A stretch of 63,699 nucleotides of DNA, the filler included, from Octopus bimaculoides (lineage: Eukaryota), in assembly GCF_001194135.2 (NCBI RefSeq). It is 5 parts of 4 records of this genome, joined end to end, with 100 filler letters (N's around TTAATTAATTAA, not from the genome) between each part and the next. Parts side by side here need not be neighbours in the genome. Positions count along the whole stretch, not along the records: positions 1 to 25,304 come from NC_068987.1; positions 25,405 to 53,264 come from NC_069005.1; 3 more parts are not named here. The stretch is one strand, 5' to 3'. Below, one piece after another: positions 24,975-36,957 of the stretch. Numbering within the stretch: position 1 is the stretch's first letter; each line of letters starts with the position of its first letter. A model generated the notes under the pieces. The model saw nothing but the letters and a program-made list of their open reading frames with translations, ran no database searches and was not told the origin of the DNA. The translations under genes were made by a program, and so were the position numbers.

Positions 24975-25348
24975 GAAACCTCAAAGAATGTGATTGAAAG
25001 AAAACTGGGTCATTTGCATTCTCTGAAAATTATCGTCTTCAATTCCAATAAAAACAAACTCCGGTAATTTTCTTTTCCCTTCATTTTCTGTTTCTTATAA
25101 TTTTTTTAGCCCCTCCCACCACCGTTTTTCCTCTAGAAAGATCTTTTGATTTTTATTTTGCTCTATTTGCTCTCTTCCTTTCCCATCTGTAGCTATTTAA
25201 AGTTATTTTCGACGTTACGTTTCTTTTGTTATAAAGAAAATGAAATGGATAAATTGTACTTTTAATAAAAGAAAAATAGAACATGCTTACCCTCACCTTT
25301 TTTTNNNNNNNNNNNNNNNNNNNNNNNNNNNNNNNNNNNNNNNNNNNN

Positions 25349-25360
25349 TTAATTAATTAA
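25349..25360. other. Assembly gap linker TTAATTAATTAA (artefact)
   Basis: Embedded in a 44N-12-44N 100-bp gap. The same motif sits in gaps at 53309, 58662 and 62479. It places stops in all six frames. Confidence 0.9.
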
Positions 25361-25404
25361 NNNNNNNNNNNNNNNNNNNNNNNNNNNNNNNNNNNNNNNN
25401 NNNN

Positions 25405-25609
25405 GTTTTCGTGCGGGTGACACGTAAAAGCACCCACTACACTCTCTGAGTGGTTGGCGTTAGGAAGGGCATCCAGCTGTAGAAACTCTGCCAAATCAGA
25501 CTGGAGCCTGGTGTTGCCATCCGGTTTCACCAGTCCTCAGTCAAATCGTCCAACCCATGCTAGCATGGAAAGCGGACGTTAAACGATGATGATGATGATG
25601 ATGATATAT

Positions 25610-25644
<35 letters not shown>

Positions 25645-25691
25645 TTAATGTCCGTCTTCCATGCTGGCATGGGTTGGACTGTTTGACTGAG
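25405..25691. mobile_element. Two RTE 3'-UTR tails, tail-to-tail
   Basis: Plus copy ..ggaaagcggacgttaaac(GAT)n abuts minus copy (CAT)n-ttaatgtccgtcttccatgc. Confidence 0.75.
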
Positions 25692-27466
25692 AGGTGTGAG
25701 AGTCTGGATCTGACCAGTTAAATCCTTTAGCATTCAGATTACTCTATCACATGTAATGCTTATTTATTCACGTTGTTTGGAATTGATCATGCATTATCTC
25801 ATAACTCCATGATTTCAATGATGTGATTATTCACTTTTAGAATGACATTTTAGAGTTGGTGTGCAAGACCAGATCTGGCCAGTTTGAACATAAAACATAT
25901 AGAATATTTTGGCCAGATATGGCCTGTTCAAATGCTAAAGTGTTAACTCTTTTGATTTCTGTCCACCTAAGACTGCCCCCTAGTTCCCGGATACAACGAA
26001 CTTACAGTTTTAATACAATCTAAATTATTCAGTTAAAAAGGTAAAAATAAAATAGAATAAAATAAAATAATCAAAAATCTACATTGTCAAACTTCTGCTA
26101 CTTCTCTTGAATTCTAGAGTTTTGGAATTGTCTCCTTGAAACAAGCCTAGTTCACTGCAGTTCTTTCTGGAAGCTTTTCGGGGTTTTTTTTTTTCTCTTT
26201 TTTACATTAAAGAAATCCATACAACAGCTAATTTTATTGAATGCTAGAGTTTTTGAATTGCTTACATATATGCATAGAAATATTATTTCTCTATGCACAA
26301 GGCCTTGAAACTTTTTTGTGGAAGGAGGCTAGTCGATTATATCGAACCCGGTACATAACTGGTACCTATTTCATTTACCCCAAAAGGATGAAAGGTAAAA
26401 TCGACCTTGGTAGAATTTGAACTCAGAACACAGCAGCAGATGAAATGTCGTTAAGCATCTCGCCTGGCGTGCTAACGATTCTGCCAGCTCTCAGCCTTTA
26501 TTTGCATAGAAATATCAATAGATTATTATTTTCCTGTAGACTCAGCTGGGGCATCGTATTGAGTGATAAATCTGACACTTCCACCACCTAGTCTCAACAC
26601 CAGTACTACCACTGCCATCGCCAATACCACCACTTCCCCCCCCCCCCNNNNNNNNNNNNNNNNNNNNNNNNNNNNNNNNNNNNNNNNNNNNNNNNNNNNN
26701 NNNNNNNNNNNNNNNNNNNNNNNNNNNNNNNNNNNNNNNNNNNNNNNNNNNNNNNNNNNNNNNNNNNNNNNNNNNNNNNNNNNNNNNNNNNNNNNNNNNN
26801 NNNNNNNNNNNNNNNNNNNNNNNNNNNNNNNNNNNNNNNNNNNNNNNNNNNNNNNNNNNNNNNNNNNNNNNNNNNNNNNNNNNNNNNNNNNNNNNNNNNN
26901 NNNNNNNNNNNNNNNNNNNNNNNNNNNNNNNNNNNNNNNNNNNNNNNNNNNNNNNNNNNNNNNNNNNNNNNNNNNNNNNNNNNNNNNNNNNNNNNNNNNN
27001 NNNNNNNNNNNNNNNNNNNNNNNNNNNNNNNNNNNNNNNNNNNNNNNNNNNNNNNNNNNNNNNNNNNNNNNNNNNNNNNNNNNNNNNNNNNNNNNNNNNN
27101 NNNNNNNNNNNNNNNNNNNNNNNNNNNNNNNNNNNNNNNNNNNNNNNNNNNNNNNNNNNNNNNNNNNNNNNNNNNNNNNNNNNNNNNNNNNNNNNNNNNN
27201 NNNNNNNNNNNNNNNNNNNNNNNNNNNNNNNNNNNNNNNNNNNNNNNNNNNNNNNNNNNNNNNNNNNNNNNNNNNNNNNNNNNNNNNNNNNNNNNNNNNN
27301 NNNNNNNNNNNNNNNNNNNNNNNNNNNNNNNNNNNNNNNNNNNNNNNNNNNNNNNNNNNNNNNNNNNNNNNNNNNNNNNNNNNNNNNNNNNNNNNNNNNN
27401 NNNNNNNNNNNNNNNNNNNNNNNNNNNNNNNNNNNNNNNNNNNNNNNNNNNNNNNNNNNNNNNNNN

Positions 27467-27775
27467 AGATGTTCAACTTCACTAGAATGTTCCTCATGCC
27501 ATTCAGTAACAACTTTAGGTGTGTGAATTGGTGCATTATCATCCTGAAAGATTGTGTTTCCCTCCGGAAACAGTTCCGCAACCATAGGATGAATTTAATC
27601 AGATAAAATGCTTAAATAGTCTTGGCAATTAATTCTGCCATGAAGGGAATCCATTGGGCTGGTAGATTTCTAAGATATAGCCCCCCCCCCCGATCATCAC
27701 AGATCCTCCTGCATGTGTAACAGTTGGAGGAAGATAGTCTGGGTCAAATGCTTCTTTTGGCTGTCTCCCATATAC
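27467..27775 (-). mobile_element. Tc1-family transposase fragment
   Basis: PTVTHAGGSVM-like motif and IFQDDNAPIHTPKVVTEW. Confidence 0.75.
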
Positions 27776-27780
27776 TTAGC

Positions 27781-29015
27781 TTCCCAAGGACTGTGATAAA
27801 CGAAACTTGGCATAATTATTAATCCTTCTCTACATAGCCACCACCAATGGTGACACACTTCTCTCATTGTTTTATGCAGCTGTGAATATCTCGTCTGTAA
27901 AAGTTGGTAGGTTACGTCTGAAGCTAAGACTTTACCTCAGAAATAAGTTCATCATCCTCTGCAAAGTGCTACCCCTTCAAAAAAGACTTCTTGGTTGGAA
28001 AGAGGTGGCAGTCAGATGGTGTGAGGTTGGGAGGGTAAGGGGGAGGAGGAAGGATTTCATAGCCACAGGAGTGTGCTTTCATCTGAGCAATATGTGCATT
28101 GTGAACTGGGGTGTCTCGGATGAGGGGGACTCCTTTCGTCAGCATGCCCCACATTTCTGCTTTGACGGTGTCCCACATTTCCTGCAGCAGAGAAGCATAA
28201 TATGCCCTATTAATTGTGCTCTTTGCCAGAGAATCGATCCTCACTACTCTGCACTGGTCCCAAAACACTGAGCATTACCTTGCCTGCTGAGGGTTGGACA
28301 TGAGCCTTCTTTGGAGGTGCTCAGTTATCATGCTTCCATTGCTTCGACTGGACTCGGGATCATAGCGATGGACCTGTGTTTCATCCTGTGTGATAAGTCT
28401 GCCTAAAAAGTCCTCATTTTCTTGGCATATTGCCAAAAGTGCCTGGGAGCAATTGACTTGTTCCTGCTTCTAAAAAGGTGTGAGCATCCGTGCAGACAAC
28501 TTCCACACGTGGAAATGGTCATCAATGATGTTTTTCCACGGACCCAACACTTATCTTCACTTCTTGGGCTAGTCGCTGAATAGTTATGCAGTGATCCTCC
28601 AAAATGGCAGCTTCCACTTTGTGGACAACGGTTGTCATCAATGGCAGAATGTGGTTGTCCAGGAATAAAAACAGTTTCCACCAATGTCCAACCACATTCG
28701 AACTTGTGATGGCAGTGCTTGACCACATCGTATGATGGTGCATCATCGCCATACGTTTCTTTCATCTCATTGAAAGTCTTTTTTGATGTGCAACCTTTCA
28801 AGTATAAGAACCTGATCATTGATCTGCGTTCAGCTACCTCCATTGTAACACGTTTGTCTGCTTTAGCTGCGGTAAAAAAAAGAAAAAGCAAATACAAGTG
28901 GAAAGCTGAAATTTACAATGCAACATGAAGAAACATGTATGATTATATCTGTACAAGTTCAGTTTCCTGTAATAACCAGAAGTAGGTCAGGAGAACTCTT
29001 TGATAAACACCCCGC
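27781..29015 (-). mobile_element. Mariner transposon, near full length, decayed
   Basis: MEVAERRSMIRFLYLKG..TYGDDAPSYDVVK (N-terminal HTH), ILPPPPYPPNLTPSDCHLF (YSPDLAP-SD motif variant). TIR-like AAACACCCCGC at the right end. Confidence 0.85.
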
Positions 29016-29028
29016 ATATATATATATG

Positions 29029-29062
<34 letters not shown>

Positions 29063-30579
29063 CCCAGATATGCATCTATATATACAGGTAGATGTAAGTA
29101 TGTACATACATGTATGTATATATGCATATACTCATTTATTATTTGTATTATATATATATATAGTATTAATAAGATAGGAGATGAAATGTGTGATAGATTT
29201 TATTGAGCACAGCACATGTTTCAACCCGTCGTACCGGGTCTCTTCGGGTATATCAATAATAAATGTCTCCCTAGAAATTTCTTTGGTCAGCTTACAGTTA
29301 AGTAATAGTGGGGACAAACACAAAAATATACCTTCTGTCACATACACACACACACACACACACATATGATTTGTTTCCACACAGTTTCCATCGACCAAAT
29401 TCACTGAAATGGTATTGTTTGGTCCCAGGGCTAAAGGAGAAGACACTTGCCCAAAGTGGCGTGCAGTGGAACTGAACCCAAAAGCACAAGGGTTGCAAAG
29501 TGAGCTTCTTAGCGAGATAACCAGCCGTTCCTGCACCATGCAGGTGCCCTGTGTAAACTTTATGCTTTGCACATAAAAAGTGCTGGGCCAAAGTGATGTT
29601 TGTTAAAACTTTCCTGTCAGCAAAATCATCCGCTAGTCCTGTTCTTTCGAAGACTAGCGGAACTAAAACACCCTTACTTGAAAAACGGGTAAGGGTTAGT
29701 GACGGGAAGGGCGTCCAGCTGTAGAAAATTTGCCTTGATAATAATTTTGTATTCATCTAGTCCATGCTAGCATGAAAAAAATGGATGTAAAACAAATGAA
29801 GTGCAACCGCGTGGTTTCTGGTTCAGTCCCATTACACAGCAGCTTGGGCAAATGTCTGCTAATGTAACCCCAAGCTGATCAGTACATTGTGAGTGAATTT
29901 GGTAGCTGGAAACTGTGTAGAAGCTCAATGTGTATATATATGTAAATATATATATATATATAGTGTATATATGTTTGTTTGTCCCCCACTACTGCTTGAT
30001 AACCAATATAACTTAGCAGTTAGGCAAAAGAGATCAACATAATAAGTACCAGACTTAACCCTTTAGCATTTAAACCAGTCATATTCGGCCCCTTTTATGT
30101 TCAAACTGGCCAGCTCCAACATTTCACACCTACCCTACAATGTCATTCTAACAATAAACGATCACGTCATTGAAATCTCAAAGCTATAATAAGCACAAGG
30201 CCTGAAATTTGGTTGATGGGGATAGCCGATTACATCGACCCCAGTACTCAACTGGCACTTAATTTACTGACCCCGAAAGGACGAAAGGCAAAGTCGACTT
30301 TGGCGGAATTTGAACTCAGAATGCAGCGACGGGCAAAATGCTTTTATGCATTTTGCCCAGCGTGCTAACAACTCTGCCAGCTTACTGCCTTCAAAGCTAT
30401 TCATGATTAATTCAAGACAATGTGAAGACAAGGTGATTCCTCAGCATGGCCACAATTCAAGACAACTGTTTCTGTCTCCCTGTCACACTCTAGCCTTTCA
30501 TCACCTGGCTCAAGATCACTTCCTCCAATGACCGTTTGCCTCTGATAGGATCTTTGTCTTGCACGTTACTTGGTGACCC

Positions 30580-31165
30580 TTGCCAGCGCTGGTGCCATGC
30601 AAAAAGCATCCAGTCCACATTGTAAAGTGGTTAGTGTTTGGAGGGGCTGTAAAAACCTTGCCAAAACTCACCTTGCCTGTTGCTGGTGCCTCATAAAAAG
30701 CATTCATTCCATTCTGTAGGGTGGTCGGCATTTGGAAGGGCAACCAGCTATAAAAACCTTGCCTGTTGCTGGTGCCACTTAAAAAGCTCTCATTCCACTC
30801 TTCAGGGTGGTCGGCATTTGGAAGGGCATCCAGCTATAAAAACCTTGCCAAAACTGACCTTGCCTGTTGCTGGTGCCTCACAAAGAAAACACTCATTACA
30901 TTCTGTAGGGTGGTCAGCATTTGGAAGGGCAACCAGCTATAAAAACCTTGCCAAAACTGACCTTGCCTGTTGCTGGTGCCACTTAAAAAGCTCTCATTCT
31001 ACTCTTCAGGGTGGTTGGTGTTAGGAAGGGCATCTAGCCATAAAAACCATGCCAAAACCAACCCTGAAGCCTGGCACACTCTTCTACCTAGGCAGTTCCT
31101 GTCAAACTGTCCAACCCATGTCAGCATGGAAAGTGGACGTTAAATGATGATGATGATGATGATGA
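30580..31165 (+). repeat. RTE-type 3' UTR with ~5 tandem 87-103-bp subunits and (GAT)n tail
   Basis: Units start CCTTGCCTGTTGCTGGTGCC at ~30671, 30757, 30858 and 30961, plus a diverged unit at ~30580. Ends ..ggacgttaaat(GAT)n. Confidence 0.8.
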
Positions 31166-31307
31166 AAACTTGTTGAATTTGTAAATGTTATTCTGTGTCT
31201 GAGAAAAAAATGAATGCGTATTGGAGCGTTAGTGAAATGCAAGAGTGTGTGAAGTAGCTTTGAAAATAAGTCAGCCTGTGTTTGTAAAATAACCTTATCT
31301 GGATTAC

Positions 31308-31434
31308 CTGCTTGTGGAGTTGAATGTGTACTGGGATGATTGTGAAGCTGGATGCTGTTAAACTGTACTCAATAATCAATATTAATTCATTGGACTGTTC
31401 TCGAAAAGTCAAGTGGTTGCTACTCTTTGAAAAC
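31308..31434 (-). other. Candidate host internal exon (127 nt)
   Basis: Acceptor TTCAACAG|G and donor CAG|GTAATC. One frame is open but unrecognised. Confidence 0.25.
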
Positions 31435-31849
31435 CTGTTGAATACAGCAATGTTTGTTTTGTTATTAAGCTTAATGTCAAACAGTTTATCATTGCACACA
31501 ATTATATATGTGTGTATTTATGTATATACATGGATAAACTTTATATATATATATGTAGATATAGTTATAAATACGAATATATTAATAAAGTGTATGTAAA
31601 TATTTTACTCACGGTTTTTTTTATTTATTTTTTCAATAAAATGAACATTATATTTGTTATATTTTGGGATGGTATTTTTTTCTTTTTTCTTTTTTGCCAA
31701 ATAAACACATACACTATATATTCGTTTTTTTTTTTTACTTCAGATTTGTTATTGTTCTTATATTTTATCCTTTGTTTGGACAAGGTGCCAAAGTGATTGA
31801 TTCTCATTGAATTGTCAGTTCCGTACGAGAGCCGCATAGACGAGCAACA

Positions 31850-32300
31850 CATCTTTAAGATGAGAGCAAATATGGTGAGATGGCAAAGCAGCTAGGGAGT
31901 GAGGGTCACCACTGGACTGTAAAACCAGTGGAAGTTGGATCGCGGGGATTCGTGGCTGCATCAGCCTGTCGGCTATTTGGACAGTTGGGTATCAAAGGCT
32001 GCAGAAGAACTGCCACAATTAAACACTTGTCTGGTGTTGTCGAAAAGAACTCAATGTGGATATGGGTGAAGAGGAATGACCACTGGACCTAGTTATAGAT
32101 TCCATTGATTATTTACAGGAAGGAAGAAGAGAACTGGTTCCTTCGTTGGTCAGAGTGGCCTAATGGACTGAAACACAGACCTGGGAACACAAGTTCATAA
32201 AAATCAATGACCCAGGTTCAAATCCTGCTGGCGACAGGAGTTTGGAAAGCAGCAGGAGGGCCCCTAGGAATCATGACCTGGGTAAGCCCATCCCCCATAG
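31850..32300 (+). mobile_element. HERO/NeSL-like RLE LINE 3' end
   Basis: KYGEMAKQL..KPVEVGSRGFVAASACRLFGQLG..EKNSMWIWVKRNDHWT* matches the PVEVGxRGF..SxWLWxKR C-terminus of restriction-like-endonuclease LINEs. Confidence 0.7.
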
Positions 32301-32309
32301 AGTGTCAGG

Positions 32310-32625
32310 CATAAGGGCCAAAACACTTGTCAGATATATCTTCTTCGCTAATGTCGACGTATTCCATGGCAACTGCCTCACTGGTTATAGTTGAGGCGGC
32401 AAAGAAGGCCACTGGTTTATTCATTTGTCTGTGTTCCAACGGGGTGGTAAAGACACTTTTGAACTGGTCATTCAGTACCTCACTGATCCTGGTTGGACTA
32501 TCTGTGAGGGAGCCATCCTTTTGGAAGAGGGGTCCTATCTTGCAGTGTAACGATGCTGTTTCTTTTGCATAATGAAAGAAGGCATCTGCGTAGGGCCAAC
32601 AACCCTCCCGAAAAAAAGCAAAAAC
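32310..32625 (-). mobile_element. CR1-like LINE ORF2 fragment
   Basis: FFHYAKETASLHCKIGPLFQKDGSLTDSPTRISEVLNDQFKSVFT; same family as 46090-46830. Confidence 0.75.
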
Positions 32626-33399
32626 TGAATGACTGCTGTAATAAGTGTGTGAATCCGAGAGGGGAATATGTTGAATAAAATCATAATTAACTGATTCTTC
32701 TCTATTTTCTTTTACCCAAAGCCAAGAACTTTTCAGCACCCCCTTATACGATGGGCTTTTAGCTTCTGTCAAATCCACTCACATGGCTTTGGTTGGCCCA
32801 GGGCTATAGTAAAAGATACTTGCCCAAGGTGTAACACAGTGGGGCCGAACCTAAAACCATGTTGTTTGGAAGCAAGCTTCTTACCACACTACCATGTTTG
32901 CATTCCACAAATTCTTCCTCAACAGCAGTCATTAGAGCATCAGACAGAATGCTTTGAGGTATTTGGTCCAACTCACTGTAATGAGAGTTCAAATCCAGCC
33001 ATGATCTGCTTTGTCTTTCATCCTTTCTGGGATCAATGGTAAAGTAACCAGTCCAAGATAGTGGATTAGCAGAAGTGTAAAAACGTTGGAGCAAAAATGT
33101 CTTTTGGTAGTTGTCTTGGTTCTTGGCATTCTGAGTCAAAATACCACCTTGGGCCTACTTGGGTGGAAGACTTAACCCATCGTCAAATTCAACACCACTG
33201 CCTGGCTCTTTGGGGGGATTTGACTCTGTCACAAGCACTAAGGCTGGGTTTCTCGTTTGCAGATCCCTGTCCTCAGAGGGCCCGTGACGGGGCATGGCAT
33301 TGCCTTGCTTTCAGAAGAAAAGATTAAAAGAAGAAAAAAAAACGAATTGAAAACAAAAATATAAACGAAATAAAAAAAAAACTAGGGAAGAAACTCAAC

Positions 33400-33965
33400 T
33401 TGAACTCACTATCATTACCCTCTGAATTTAACCAACGCTTTAGCTGACTGACCTACACTGATCGATCAATTCGTTCGTGTTTCCTTCCTTCTGTCAGTTA
33501 TGAGATAAAGACACCCCCGGTTGAGCTAGCAACTCCCCAGAGTTAATTGAAAGGACAGAAGTCAACAGAAACGACAGCCGCCCCATCGACAATAAGACAT
33601 TGCTGTTATAGAGTATATATTAAAATATAAAAAGCCATCTGTTACGTATCGATGCCATTCGAAGCAATTACAGAAAGATAAATAAAATACTAGTGGTGAC
33701 GGCGGCGGCGATGACGTTTACGACGACGACGACGACGATGATGATGATGATGACGATGATAATATCATCGTTCTTGTATAACGATGCTTCAGTTAGGAGC
33801 TGAACTAAGTTTCAGTCTGGACGTTTGTTTAAACACGTTTGAACGAACTACATATAACAATCTCTAGGGAACGGATCTAATGGCAGGTGTAGCAGGAATT
33901 TATTCTCCGTGAACGAAGAAGCTTTTATTTACCAAAAAACAGAGAATCTTCAGTCATGTAAGTAA
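33400..33965. promoter_or_regulatory. CpG-rich candidate divergent promoter / first exons
   Basis: Non-repeat, CpG-enriched block with outward-facing donors GTGAGT (minus, 33409-33404) and GTAAGT (plus, 33958-33963). T-rich skew flips across it. Confidence 0.3.
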
Positions 33966-36519
33966 GCTTGACCGTTTCTCTGGGGGTTTTTCCGTTCTTG
34001 TTTCATTTCCCTTCGGCTCCAATTGTTTCTTTATTTCGTCTTAATATCTTCCTTTTATTATTATGAAATGTCACATTTTTTTATTGCTGCTATTTGTCAA
34101 GCTCCAGTTTAAAACTCTATGATCAGAACCGTTCCAGTCATGACCATCAAATCTTTTTATTCCGACACAACAGAGTAATTAGGACTACATCATCCTATGT
34201 GTCCAACACGTTTTGTTTCTTGTTTTTAGGATATCAAGGTCTGTGATTTCAGGTAGATTTCGTCGCTTTCTCGTTACTTTATAATTGTTTTGTTTCTGTC
34301 GAATTATTTCTTTCCTTCCTCTATCTATCTACCCATCTACCCTCCGGTTTAAGGGGCACCCAATTTAGAGGGACCCAAACTATTAGTTCTATCAACATGT
34401 TTCTTTATGTTTCCATGTCTGTTTTTCCATAAATCGCTTCCGTGTAAACTCACCACAACCACTACCATTTGTGTAATTTATCCTTCGAACATCTTATCCT
34501 CCACCCTTCTAGCATACATAACAGAAATCATCCTCACTATTAATTCTATTATTATTACTATAATTACTTATAACAGTTGACAAAAGCGAGTATTGGGGGT
34601 AACCAAGACAGTTTTGGCATCCAATTTAAATGCACAAAAGCACCATCGAGATAGAATTTCGGCTCCACCAGAATTTCTTCTGTGTTGCTGTTCAACCCTA
34701 GGCTAATTGTGATTGAGCAGAGCTTTGATTAAATTAAAGGCCTTCGAAGCATGGACAAACCTGCAATTTTATTTGTTTATTTATTTATTTATTATTTCAG
34801 GAACTGTGTACCTTGGGTTACATTATCAAATGTGTATGTAGTTTAAGGGACAATTTCTGTTTGTTATTTGTAGCAGTTCGGAACACCTCAGAGACGTTTC
34901 CTTGTCTGTTCGTCCAACGCAAGGAACGTCACACTTGCGTCGGTTCCGCTTACCATTTCAAAGACAGCAAACACTACCATTTCACCCCTCCCCCCATTAC
35001 AGTATGTACTTCGGTTATGGAGGCGATTATCGTTGTTTAACCCCAGGTTACAAATGATCCAGCATACCTATAATTAAAAGGGGGTTTCAGTCATAATGTA
35101 TCTAGGACTACATCAACCAAAGCATCCTTGCGTTTTATTCATTCATTCATTTTTTTTTTCCTTGATTCCCAAAGATGGTAGGATATGATTCAAAGAAAAT
35201 TTGGCTGCTATTTCTAACAGCGCGAGCAACCACAGATGTTTCCACAATGACTGATAATGTCTGTGTGTGTGTGTGTGTACGTGCGTTTGTGTGTATGTGG
35301 ATGTGTGTGTTTCTGTACGTGCATGCTTGTGTGTGCGTGTATATATATGTGTGCATGTGTTCATATTTTTTTGTGTATGCATATGTCTGGGTGCGTGTGC
35401 ATATATGTATGCATTATGTGTGTGCGTGCGTTTAAGCCTGTGTGTATGTGTGTGGGGGTTGTTGTTCATAGCTTTTTCTTTGACTTTAGCGATGTAAACG
35501 AAGTAAAGTGGGACAGCTATCGCCAAAAACTGAATTTCGCTTTCGGTACCCGGTTTGCCAATAACTTACTCTGTTGTCATTGTTCTTTAGCCACAGGTCT
35601 GTCCTGATCAAACAGAATTATGACCAGAGGAATTTCCGCTGTGACCAATTCGTTCTTCACCTATGCACAACGAACCCTTTTTTTTTTTTTTTTTTTAATG
35701 TAAGCATGTATGTTTGCATGCATGGATGTATGTATGTATGAGTGTGTGTATATATGTAGGTAGGTAGGTCTGCATGCATTTATACATGCATAGATGAATA
35801 TAGCTAGACGTGCATGTATGTGTATGCGATATGTGTATGTATCTGTAGGTATTTGTGTATATGTGTGGATATATAATAGGTAGACATACATACATACATA
35901 CATAATACTCATACACACACACAATGAGTTTCTACACAATTTCCACCCACCACGTACCGCACTAACAGATCGAACCCTAAACCGCATAGTTACAAATGGA
36001 ATTTCTTGTCCTCATAGCCTATAGTTATGGGTTGTTTTTTTAATATTTTTGTACTTCACATACAAGATTAGATAACTCTAAAATCAAACAACACATTAAT
36101 CGAAACATTGGTATCTCTTCATCAATAAACGGTTTGTCATGGAGGTAATTGACGAAGTAGAGTAAAAGTACAAAAAAAAGACACACACTAACTAACAAAT
36201 GAGCCTCTACGTGGTACCTCAGCCTGCTAGAAATAGCAGCTAAATCTCTCACGAGCCACACCACCCTGTTCTCTTAAAAAATAAAACTAAACTGAAAAAT
36301 AAACGACACGTTCGATTATGTAGTCTGACGTGAGAGTCACGGCTGAAGCGTCTTTGATCGTCATACACCTAGACCAAGGCTGAAATGAAACCACATGATT
36401 CCAAGTTCAGTCCCACTGCGTGACAGCTTGGGCAGGTGTCTTCTACTATAGCTTCGGGCCGACTAAAGCCTTGTGAGTGATTTTGGTTGACGGAAACTGA
36501 AAAGAAGCCCGTCGTATAT

Positions 36520-36559
<40 letters not shown>

Positions 36560-36742
36560 GTATATGTTTGTGTGTCTGTGTTTGTCCCCCCCACCATCAC
36601 TTGACAACGGCATCCACAGAAAAAGCTAAGTGTTAATTATTTAGTCAATTTTATTAGGATGGTGTTATATGGAATGGCTTTCGTGTATTCTAAGCAAAAT
36701 CCAGCATTCTGGTTAGATTTGTTGCTGCAGGTCAAACCTTAT

Positions 36743-36957
36743 CAAACTTATGATCAAACTTATGATCAAACTTATGATCAAAACAAACTTATGATCAAAC
36801 TTAAGATCAAAACAAACTTATGATCAAACTTATGATCAAACTTATGATCAAAACAAACTTATGATCAAACTTACGATCAAAACAAACTTACGATCAAACT
36901 TACGATCAAAACAAACTTACGATCAAACTTATGATCAAAACAAACTTATGATCAAAA
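36743..36957. repeat. Minisatellite of CAAACTTAYGAT 12-mers with interspersed CAAAA
   Basis: About 15 units, direct inspection. Confidence 0.95.
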
